A DNA stretch of 64,000 nt from an uncultured cyanobacterium (GTDB taxonomy: Bacteria > Cyanobacteriota > Cyanobacteriia > Cyanobacteriales > CAWCAG01), in NCBI GenBank assembly GCA_963793425.1, contig CAWCAG010000007.1, forward strand, positions 512,001 through 576,000, read 5' to 3'. Positions within the stretch are counted from its first letter, which is position 1. The number at the start of each line of letters is the position of its first letter. A program made the position numbers and the translations under genes. The notes beneath the pieces are model-generated. The model ran no database searches and was not told where the DNA came from. It saw nothing but the letters and a program-made list of their open reading frames with translations. This document shows, piece after piece, positions 11,172-21,005 of this stretch.

Positions 11172-12101
11172 CTAAATTTTCATTTTCCAACCAGGGGCCC
11201 ATACAGGTGGAGAAGGATTACCTAAATCAGCATCTCGTATACCTTGATGAGCTACAGAGTTACTGTTGGGACCTAATGGAAAATAACGAAGTTTTTGGGC
11301 TGCAATTCGACGCATTGTACCCACTAAGCTATCCCTGTATCTATTACAGGCTTTAAAATCCAAGTTAGTTGCTGCTTTAATTGTGCCACTGATATTTCTT
11401 CCCCAATCTACAGAACTAGAATCATATTGCCCATAGCTAGTGACTAAGTATCCCCAAAAACCTTGATCCGTTCCACTAGAGTTGCTTGAATCAGTACGAC
11501 TTACATCACTGGCAGTACCACCAGTGCTACCACTACCGCTACTACCGCTAACACCTCCATTTGCACTCGGTCCACCGCGAAAAATTGTTTCTCTTGCAGA
11601 TTCGATAGGTTTACCTTGCTCATCTACAGCTACTGGATCTGAAACTATAATGAAACCATGATTACCTACCCCAAAATCTACTCCGTAGTAGCGAAGCTCA
11701 ACTTTACCTGGCCGAGTAAAAGATTTGGCAAGTTGTATTGTTGAGGCTCGGTCACTTTCTACTTTAGCTGAATCTTGTCCAAATGACCTTTGAATTCTAT
11801 CTAAATGAGGTAACGCTAAAGGGGAACCTGTAAAACCTGTAGCAGCAATCTGGGTGGGAGAATGATTAGCTTCTTCACCTCCACATTTGGCACATTTAGC
11901 TTGTACCTGTAAACCAGAACGCATATTATCCCACATTGCCTTTTCACCGGCTACTTGCTGTTGCGTTGATGACTTCTTTTGAACAACCGGATTAGGACTA
12001 GCTTTTTGTTGTACAGGTTGAAAATGGGGAGCGGAACTAATCGTTGGCTTTGGTACAGGAGGAAGAAAAGAACTAGATTTTTGGACAAGTTGGTGACTCA
12101 T
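11172..12101 (-). CDS. Polymorphic-toxin-like paralog: shared leader, DUF4157 core missing, C-terminal H...YxxxGPNSNS...PGW domain
   Basis: First 110 aa nearly identical to 9307-10629, diverging after RSFGQD; C-terminus NHGFIIV...IFRGGP...YFPLGPNSNSVA...WAPGW. Confidence 0.8.
   Translation of the reverse strand: MSHQLVQKSSSFLPPVPKPTISSAPHFQPVQQKASPNPVVQKKSSTQQQVAGEKAMWDNMRSGLQVQAKCAKCGGEEANHSPTQIAATGFTGSPLALPHLDRIQRSFGQDSAKVESDRASTIQLAKSFTRPGKVELRYYGVDFGVGNHGFIIVSDPVAVDEQGKPIESARETIFRGGPSANGGVSGSSGSGSTGGTASDVSRTDSSNSSGTDQGFWGYLVTSYGQYDSSSVDWGRNISGTIKAATNLDFKACNRYRDSLVGTMRRIAAQKLRYFPLGPNSNSVAHQGIRDADLGNPSPPVWAPGWKMKI
11771..12101 (-). repeat. Copy 2 of the 331-bp direct repeat
   Basis: Matches 10299-10629. 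Confidence 0.95.
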
Positions 12102-12298
12102 AATTAGTCAGGGAAGAACGCTACATTATCGTACTTTGTGCCGGGATGTCTCTTTCTCCTCGTTTATCTGACCTAATCTATCAAGCTAGTGAAGAACAAT
12201 CTACCTATATAACCTTCAATTTAGCCCTAAAAACTTTTCCTCAACCTTTATCAAAACGAAAAAAAGGTTTAAAACCCCGCCGTTTTAGGGCGGATTCG

Positions 12299-12327
12299 TT
12301 GATTTTTTCAGGTACAATAAACATAAT
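12299..12327 (+). promoter_or_regulatory. Putative sigma70 promoter of tnpB
   Basis: TTGATT-N17-CATAAT upstream of the tnpB ATG. Confidence 0.4.
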
Positions 12328-12354
12328 TTGCCAATAGCAACTGTTGCAACCAAC

Positions 12355-13551
12355 ATGAAAGCTAGATACAGATACAGATTTTACCCAACGAAGGAGCAGA
12401 AACACTCATTTGCTCAACTATTTGGCTGTATCCGCGTCGTCTGGAATGATGCTCTGGCACAATGCAAAAGTGAAGGCAAAGCATTAAGCTACAACAAACT
12501 ATCTAGCCTGTTAACCATAGCCAAGAAGACAGAAGAAAGGATTTGGCTAAGGGATGTATCAGCAGTCCCCTTACAACAAACTTTAAGAAACTTAGCCGCA
12601 GCCTATAAAAACTTTTTCGACTCGTGCCGTGGTAAAAGGAAAGGTAAAAAAGTCTTACCACCAAGATTCAAAAAGCGGAGTAATCAACAAAGTGCAGCAT
12701 TTACAAAATCAGCCTTCTCAATGGAAGGGCAACAAGTCTGCCTAACGAAAATTGGCAACATTACACCTATACTCTCAAGAGAACTTCCCTCAACTCCCAC
12801 CTCTCTAACAGTAATCAAAGGTAGTGCGGATAGATACTTCATAAGCTTCGTAGTTGAAATACAACCACAAAACTTACCTAAGTGCCAATCAAGCATAGGA
12901 ATAGACTTAGGAATAACCGACTTTGCCACATTCAGTAATGGAGAGAAAATCAAAGCCCCAAAACCCTTAAAAAAGAAACTAAAGAAGCTCAGAAAACTAC
13001 AACGTAACCTTGCCAGAAAGACGAAAGGTAGTAAGAGACGAGAATTAGCTAGAAGGAGAGTAGCCAAGCTTAACGCCAAGATAAAAGACACCAGAACAGA
13101 TTTTCTACATAAGCTATCAACTAAGATAATTCGTGAAAACCAAACGATAATCTTAGAAGATTTAAACGTATCGGGAATGCTCCGAAACCGTAAGTTATCC
13201 CGTGCAATTAGTGATTTAGGTTGGCGTAGTTTCAGAACTATGTTAGAAGCCAAATCAGTAATGTATGGCAGAGAATTTAGGGTAATAGATAGATGGGAAC
13301 CCACATCACAGAGATGTCATGAGTGTGGTTTTAGAGGCGGCAAGCAGGAACTCTCTATTAGAGAATGGACTTGCTTAAACTGCGGTGCAGTTCACGATAG
13401 AGACGTTAATGCCGCCATAAATATCAAAGTCGCGGGGGGACACTCTGAGACGATAAACGGACGTGGAGGGAAGCGTAAGACTACAACCGTAGCAGCACCC
13501 AAAGAAACGTCAACCCACTTAAAACCTGTTCAACTTTCGTTGTTTGGGTAG
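12355..13551 (+). CDS. tnpB: RNA-guided endonuclease TnpB
   Basis: N-terminal HTH YRYRFYPT; RuvC residues GIDLG, ILEDLN, DRDVNAA all present; Zn ribbon CHEC...CLNC. Confidence 0.95.
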   Translation: MKARYRYRFYPTKEQKHSFAQLFGCIRVVWNDALAQCKSEGKALSYNKLSSLLTIAKKTEERIWLRDVSAVPLQQTLRNLAAAYKNFFDSCRGKRKGKKVLPPRFKKRSNQQSAAFTKSAFSMEGQQVCLTKIGNITPILSRELPSTPTSLTVIKGSADRYFISFVVEIQPQNLPKCQSSIGIDLGITDFATFSNGEKIKAPKPLKKKLKKLRKLQRNLARKTKGSKRRELARRRVAKLNAKIKDTRTDFLHKLSTKIIRENQTIILEDLNVSGMLRNRKLSRAISDLGWRSFRTMLEAKSVMYGREFRVIDRWEPTSQRCHECGFRGGKQELSIREWTCLNCGAVHDRDVNAAINIKVAGGHSETINGRGGKRKTTTVAAPKETSTHLKPVQLSLFG

Positions 13552-13611
13552 ATGAGGAATCCCCGTCTCTTTAGAGCGGGGAGGATGTCAAACCATAGTC
13601 TTAATCCCCAT
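13430..13611 (+). ncRNA. Predicted TnpB omega/reRNA overlapping the tnpB 3' end and right end; guide predicted as the flanking ACCATAGTCTTAATCC...
   Basis: Inferred from known TnpB biology plus the right-end hairpin and TCAA boundary; 5' boundary approximate. Confidence 0.55.
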
Positions 13612-15296
13612 GCCCCCTTACGTCACTGGCAAATTATCACTCCCATAGGTACAGACCCCCTGTTTTTACGTCCCTTAGCCTTAGATGAAACCATCTTCCA
13701 CTACCTCTTAGGACAACCTTGCCTTGACCCACAATTACAGGGTTTAGTCAAGCCTTTAACCCTGAAGCAAACAACCTTGCCCCCTTCCCACCAAGCCTTA
13801 GCAACCAGGTTAATCACTGCCTGGTCTAGCCCTAACCCTCCGGTAGTACAATTAGTGGGTTCTGATTTTGCTGCTAAGGCTACTATTGCTGCTATTTCAA
13901 CTCAACAGTTAGGCTTTTCTTTACTCACCATCCCTGCCCATCTCCTACCCCAAGAAACCACAGCATTACAAGAATTCTGCCAACGACTAGAAAGACAAAC
14001 TATTTTGGGACGTAGCTTAGTTTTCCTCGATTGTCGTCAAATCTTAGAAAGTGATGGTTTAGCAGAGAAATTCTTTTCTCAATTAATTGAACAACTGCCT
14101 ACTCCCTTCCTCATTAACTCCCCAAAGCCCAAACAAATTTCTCAACCTTGCTTAATTCTGGAAGTTAACCCTCCCACTAAAGGGGAACAATTGCAACTTT
14201 GGCAAACTGCCTTGGGAGATGTGGCTACAAATTTAGAAACAGAATTGGCATCCTTGGCATATCAATATAATCTCGACCTCCCCACTATCCAAACCATCTG
14301 CACTCAAACTCTTACAGAATTGAACTTAAGTAACTCTCCTAGAGAATTACTCCCCAGCCTCCGACAAAACTGTCACCGTTTAGTTCGTCCAGCTTTACAA
14401 GGGTTAGCACAACACATCGAAACCAAAGCAGATTGGGACAGATTTAATCCTGCCGGAAAAAGAAAAGAACATCCTTGAAGAAATTGTTGCCCAAGTTACT
14501 TACAGAAAAACTGTTAGTGCCGACTGGGGCTGGGCAGGGAAAGGGCAACGGGGACAGGCAATGGTGGCAGTCTTCGCTGGGGCAAGTGGTACAGGAAAAA
14601 CTATGGCAGCAGAGTTGATTGGAAAGAGGACAGGTTTGGATGTTTATCGTATTGATTTGGCTGCTGTGGTGAGTAAGTATATAGGGGAAACGGAAAAACA
14701 TCTGGGTCAAATTTTTGATGGTGCAGAAAGGGGAGGAGCAATTTTACTTTTTGACGAGGGGGATGCTCTGTTTGGTAAGCGTACTGAAGTAAAAGATAGT
14801 CGCGATCGCTATGCTAATTTGAGTGTTAGTTATTTGTTGCAACGTTTGGAAGCTTACGGTGGATTAGCTATTATTACTACTAATTGGGAAGAATCTTTGG
14901 ATAAAGCTTTTAAACGGCGTTTTCGCCATATTGTTCAGTTTCCCATGCCAGATAAAGAGACCAGGAAGCTACTTTGGCAAAGGATTTTTCCTCAAGCGAC
15001 ACCAACCCATCAGTTAAACTTTACGGAGTTAGCAAAGATGCACATTAGCGGTGGTCATATTCGCTCCATTGCTCTTAATGCCTGCTTCCTCGCTGTCAAA
15101 ATAGGACAACCAGTGACTATGAAGCAAGTGGCGATCGCTGCCCGTGGAGAGTACATAAAGCTAGATTTGGGAAATATGGATAGTTTTACTCAGCGTTGGT
15201 TAAAAGAAGCGGAGTTAAGTTAATTAAAACCTACTCCCTTAAAAAATAACTAAATTTTCTTTGCAAATCGAAAAAACAGTAATACAATCATTATTC

Positions 15297-16773
<1,477 letters not shown>

Positions 16774-16856
16774 TTGAGCAAGTTTTCAGGAATTACTCAC
16801 TTCCAACTTGTGGTTTAAAACAGATGAGTTGGATGAATAGGAGTAAGAGGTTATGG

Positions 16857-16899
16857 TTAGAGAGTTGGATAAAATTAATTAATCTCCAATCTCTCTAAC
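16857..16899. terminator. Inverted repeat between convergent thiC and amidohydrolase genes
   Basis: gttagagag.ttgga ... tccaatctctctaac. Confidence 0.55.
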
Positions 16900-16927
16900 T
16901 ATTCTTTAATGATTTAACCATCAGCTA

Positions 16928-18139
16928 TTAGCCATTAAACTTTTCCACACAACGCACAAACATTTCCACCCCCGTACTCAACGCAGACTCATCAAAATTA
17001 AAGCGGGGATGATGATGAGGGAAATCTAAACCTTGCTTTTCGTTAGCAGAACCAAGAAAGAAGTAACAACCTGGTACTTCCTTGAGGAAAAATGACATAT
17101 CCTCACTAGCCATAGTTTGACATTCCGGTACAACTCCTTGGGGAGTTTCGACAACTTGTAGGGCAACCGAACGGACTAACTCAGCTATGTTAGTATCATT
17201 AATTACAGGAGGATATAATTGCCAATAATCCAACTCATATTTTGCTCCATAACTCTGACAAACTCCCGCAATTACCTCTTCTACGCGCTGAGAAAGGTAA
17301 CCTTCTAGGGTAGGATTGAAATAGCGTACCGTACCGCTTAAATAAGCTCGATCAGCGATCGCATTTAAGGCTGTTCCTGCTTTTAGTTCCCCGACGGTAA
17401 CTACCGCCGAATCTAAGGGATTAACATTACGGGCAACTATACTTTGCAAAGCATTAACAACTTGGGCGCTAACTAGCACAGCATCAATGGTTTGGTCTGG
17501 CATAGCCCCATGACCACCCTTACCGAAAATATCACAGCGAAAACATTCTACCGCCGCCATCAATGCCCCTGAACGTACTCCTAATGTACCTACAGGCAAG
17601 CGATTCCATAAATGAAGCCCGATAATAGCATCAACATCAGGATTCTTGAGAACCCCCGCCTCAATCATTGGTTTTGCACCTCCTGGATGCTCTTCAGCCG
17701 GTTGGAAAATTATTTTGACAGTTCCCCGAAAACTATTCCGATGAGTTTCTAGGTAATAAGCTGTTCCCAAGGCGATCGCTGTATGCCCATCGTGGCCACA
17801 AGCGTGCATGACTCCATCATGGCGAGAACGGTAGAGTATACTATTCTCTTCCTGGATCGGTAAAGCATCCATATCTGCTCTAATTGCTAAAACTGGGCCA
17901 GGATGAGAACTATTTATAGTTGCAACGATACCAGTTTTAGCGATGTCTGTTTGATGATCAATTGCCCACTCTTGCAATTTTTGGGCGACAAATTTTGCAG
18001 TTAACTTTTCTTGAAAACCCAGTTCAGGATATTGATGAAGATGTCTTCGCCATTGTACTAACTGGGAATGTAAAGCTTTAATTTCTAACCGGATTTGAGA
18101 AAAATCCAGAGAATTAGTCTGGGGGAAAGTAGATACCAT
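16928..18139 (-). CDS. M20 family amidohydrolase (N-acyl-L-amino acid amidohydrolase)
   Basis: RRHLHQYPELGFQE, RADMDALP, MHACGHDGH, FQPAEE, HHHPRF. Confidence 0.93.
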   Translation of the reverse strand: MVSTFPQTNSLDFSQIRLEIKALHSQLVQWRRHLHQYPELGFQEKLTAKFVAQKLQEWAIDHQTDIAKTGIVATINSSHPGPVLAIRADMDALPIQEENSILYRSRHDGVMHACGHDGHTAIALGTAYYLETHRNSFRGTVKIIFQPAEEHPGGAKPMIEAGVLKNPDVDAIIGLHLWNRLPVGTLGVRSGALMAAVECFRCDIFGKGGHGAMPDQTIDAVLVSAQVVNALQSIVARNVNPLDSAVVTVGELKAGTALNAIADRAYLSGTVRYFNPTLEGYLSQRVEEVIAGVCQSYGAKYELDYWQLYPPVINDTNIAELVRSVALQVVETPQGVVPECQTMASEDMSFFLKEVPGCYFFLGSANEKQGLDFPHHHPRFNFDESALSTGVEMFVRCVEKFNG

Positions 18140-18356
18140 AATTTGTTAACTCGCTCTTATTAAAATTGGTTAATTTTTATTGGGGAAGTTTGCCGCAAAT
18201 TTAGTTAGTATCACTAGTTAATGTGATTGCGATCGCACCAAAAAATAACTAGAGTCACTACCTTATTGATAACATCAATCATCATGGAGTGATGGGGAAT
18301 TACTTATTGTTAAGTAATTTTTGTCTATTTTGCCCAAGGCGAGGGAATGTAACACC

Positions 18357-21005
18357 ATGCTCCCTTCTGACTCTAAATTTGTATCTTATGGTCGTACAAA
18401 CTCCATTTCTCAGTTTATGGAGTCTGAATTTGTTTGCGTATATTTCACTACTTTGATACGAGATGTTGCTGAATTGATGTATGAAAACCAGTCAGGATAT
18501 GTTGTCATAACTCAAAACAGAACAACTAAACAAAGTAATCAATCTGTAACACCTTTAGGCATTATTACAAAAGGGGATATTTTCCGCTTTCAACTTGATG
18601 GGTTAGATATTCATAGCATCCAAGCTCAAGAAGTAATGAGTACACCTTTGTATTATCTAAAAACCGAAGATAGTTTACAAAAAGCGTATCAAGAAATGCA
18701 ACGCCTTGATGTGAGCCATTTAATGGTATTAGACAAGCAAAATAAACTACAAGGGGTAATAACAAAAAACAGTTTGTTACGAAGTATTGATACTAGTTTA
18801 ATAGATAGCTTAAAGCAACAGCTTAATCGCCTCCAAGCAGAAAAGCAAACACTAATGTCCCAAGGCAACGTGCAATTGGAACAGCAGGTTAAAAGACGTA
18901 CCGTACAACTCCAAGAGCAGTCAGAATCTCATCGCTTACTAGCCAATTTGGCTGGAGATATTCGCACCTCTCTTAATCTTCAAGAAGTTCTTGATACTAC
19001 CGTTGAAAAAATACGTCAATTTCTCCAAACTGATCGAGTATTTATTTGTCGCTTTAATCCTAAAGGAGATGGAGTAGTAGTTGCAGAATCTGTCGGTGAG
19101 AGTTGGCCTTCTTTGTTAGGAGAAACTTTGCCTGAATCTTGTTTTGAGTCTAGTTGGATAGAAAGTTATTATCAACATCTTACTCGCAGAATTACTAATA
19201 TTTACGAGGCTGGACTTAGTGATGGCAAAATTCAATTACTCGAACAGTGGCAGACAAAAGCGAAGTTAACAGTACCTATTTTACTAGATGTTAAGTTGTG
19301 GGGTTTGGTTTGCGCTCATCATTGCAGATATACCAAGGAATGGTCTTCTTCATCTAGTAATTTGCTCTTAAACCTTGCTTTTCAAGTGGGCAAAGCTATT
19401 CAGCAATCGGAACTTTATCAACATTCTCAATGGGAATTAGAAGAGTATCAAAGAGAAAAAACTGCTTTGAAAGAAAGGGAGCAACGTCTTTGCAAGCATA
19501 ACCAGGTTTTGATGAATTTAGCCAAAAATAAAATCCTCAGTTCAGGAAATATAGCTGCGTCTTTGCAGAAAATAACTCAAGTAGCAGCCCAAACTTTAGA
19601 AGTGGATCAGGTTGGTTTTTGGCTTTGCAATAAAAATTACTCAGCTATACATTGTCATGATTTGTTTTGTCTAAGTACAAAAGAGCATTTAGCAGACATT
19701 CAGTTAAATATTGGCAAAGGTTCTAGATATTTTCAAGCTTTAGAAAGTGAACGTATTATTGCAGTTGAACACACTGATGTTGATCAGAGAACTAAAGAGT
19801 TTCTAGAAGCTTATTTCATTCCTTACCGAGTTAAATCTGTATTAGATGCACCAGTTTATTTAGATGGTAAATTAATAGGAGTTATTTGTCACGAGCAAGT
19901 TACGAATATGCGTCACTGGACTGTAGAAGAGCAGAATTTTGCTGGTTCCATCGCTGATTTAATTTCTTTAGCTTTTGAAGCAGTAGAAAGAAAGGCTGCT
20001 GAAGCAGAAATTCTTAGGTTAAATGAAGAGTTAGAACAAAGAGTAATTCAACGGACAGAGGAACTTGAAACTGTTAACAAGGAGCTAGGAAAAGCTCGTA
20101 GGCAATTAGAAAAACGGGTCAAGAAAAGAACAGCACAACTAGAACAAGTCAATAAAAACTTAAGACAAGAAATTATCGAACGTCAACAAGCAGAAGCTTC
20201 TTTACGAGCTAGTGAGGAACGCTATGCTACCTTAGCTAGTATTTTGGAAATAACCAATGAAGAATTGGAAATAAGAGTAGCTCGACGTACTGCTGAGTTG
20301 CGCCAAGTTATGGCAGAATTGCAAGAAGAAATTATTGAACGTAAGCAAGCTGAGACAAAAATTACGGCATCTCTTAAAGAAAAAGAAGTTTTACTTAAAG
20401 AAATTCATCATCGAGTTAAGAATAACTTACAAGTCATTTCTAGTTTATTAAAATTGCAGTCTAGCTATGTCAAAGATGAGAAGGTTTTAGCTTTATTTGA
20501 AGAGAGTAATAATCGTGTTAAGACTATGGCTCTTATTCATGAGAAGTTATATCATTCTCCTAATCTAGCTCAAATTAATGCTCAAGAATATATCAACAAT
20601 TTAACCAACAATATTTTACATTCCTATAGTATTTTTAATAAAAAAATTAAATTATCTTTAGATGTGGAAGATATTTTATTAGATATAGATACAGCTATAC
20701 CCTGTGGACTAATTATTAATGAATTGGTGTCTAATTCTCTTAAATATGCTTTCATTAAAAAAGAAGAAGGTTTAGTCTTGCTTAAGTTCAGCAAAAATAA
20801 ACATCAAGAAATAACTTTGCTGGTAAAAGATAACGGCATTGGTTTACAAGAAGGGTTAAAAATTGAAGAAGCTGATTCTTTAGGATTACAGTTAGTTTAT
20901 AACTTGACTGAGCAACTAGAAGGGGACATCAAAATTAAACGAGGACAAGGAACCTATTTTGAAATAAATTTTCCTTACCCCAAACATCAGGAGGAAGTAA
21001 CATGA
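18357..21005 (+). CDS. Sensor histidine kinase: CBS-CBS-GAF-GAF-coiled coil-HisKA_2-HATPase
   Basis: CBS pair; GAF motifs FLQTDRVFI and LWGLVCAHHC; LLKEIHHRVKNNLQ; INELVSNSLKYAF; DNGIG; start uncertain (18321/18357/18417). Confidence 0.9.
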   Translation: MLPSDSKFVSYGRTNSISQFMESEFVCVYFTTLIRDVAELMYENQSGYVVITQNRTTKQSNQSVTPLGIITKGDIFRFQLDGLDIHSIQAQEVMSTPLYYLKTEDSLQKAYQEMQRLDVSHLMVLDKQNKLQGVITKNSLLRSIDTSLIDSLKQQLNRLQAEKQTLMSQGNVQLEQQVKRRTVQLQEQSESHRLLANLAGDIRTSLNLQEVLDTTVEKIRQFLQTDRVFICRFNPKGDGVVVAESVGESWPSLLGETLPESCFESSWIESYYQHLTRRITNIYEAGLSDGKIQLLEQWQTKAKLTVPILLDVKLWGLVCAHHCRYTKEWSSSSSNLLLNLAFQVGKAIQQSELYQHSQWELEEYQREKTALKEREQRLCKHNQVLMNLAKNKILSSGNIAASLQKITQVAAQTLEVDQVGFWLCNKNYSAIHCHDLFCLSTKEHLADIQLNIGKGSRYFQALESERIIAVEHTDVDQRTKEFLEAYFIPYRVKSVLDAPVYLDGKLIGVICHEQVTNMRHWTVEEQNFAGSIADLISLAFEAVERKAAEAEILRLNEELEQRVIQRTEELETVNKELGKARRQLEKRVKKRTAQLEQVNKNLRQEIIERQQAEASLRASEERYATLASILEITNEELEIRVARRTAELRQVMAELQEEIIERKQAETKITASLKEKEVLLKEIHHRVKNNLQVISSLLKLQSSYVKDEKVLALFEESNNRVKTMALIHEKLYHSPNLAQINAQEYINNLTNNILHSYSIFNKKIKLSLDVEDILLDIDTAIPCGLIINELVSNSLKYAFIKKEEGLVLLKFSKNKHQEITLLVKDNGIGLQEGLKIEEADSLGLQLVYNLTEQLEGDIKIKRGQGTYFEINFPYPKHQEEVT

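Larger units (their letters stand above)
12252..13591 (+). mobile_element. Non-autonomous IS200/IS605-family element (tnpB only, IS1341-type), 1340 bp
   Basis: Inserted 3' of TTTAT (12247-12251); left hairpin ccgcc-gttttag-ggcgg; right hairpin tccccg(t)ctct-tt-agagcgggga; ends in TCAA; no target duplication; removal restores the host reading frame. Confidence 0.92.
12113..15223 (+). pseudogene. Afp15/Pvc15-type AAA+ ATPase (CIS-associated): 5'-truncated, interrupted by an IS at 12252-13591, +1 frameshift at about 14435-14440
   Basis: EERYIIVLCAGM...ITFNLAL..PQPL|YHSLNPHAPLRHWQII...LDETIFHYLLG; Walker A GASGTGKT; DLAAVVSKYIGETEKHL; LLFDEGDALFGKRTEVKDSRDRYAN. Confidence 0.85.

Noticed and set aside
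12146..12337. 63-aa ORF as an independent gene
   Set aside because: Chimera of the ATPase 5' fragment reading into the IS left end
12252..12354. Possible IStron (group I intron fused to tnpB), since the element sits inside a gene
   Set aside because: Only about 100 bp precede tnpB, too short for a group I intron core
12684..13304. 206-aa ORF antisense to tnpB
   Set aside because: Shadow ORF with no Y1 transposase HUH motif; not tnpA
8124..14800. Apparent lack of HIP1 sites as evidence of horizontal acquisition
   Set aside because: The preceding housekeeping stretch (about 1850-8100) also seems to lack HIP1, and the ATPase has two sites, so the signal is not discriminating
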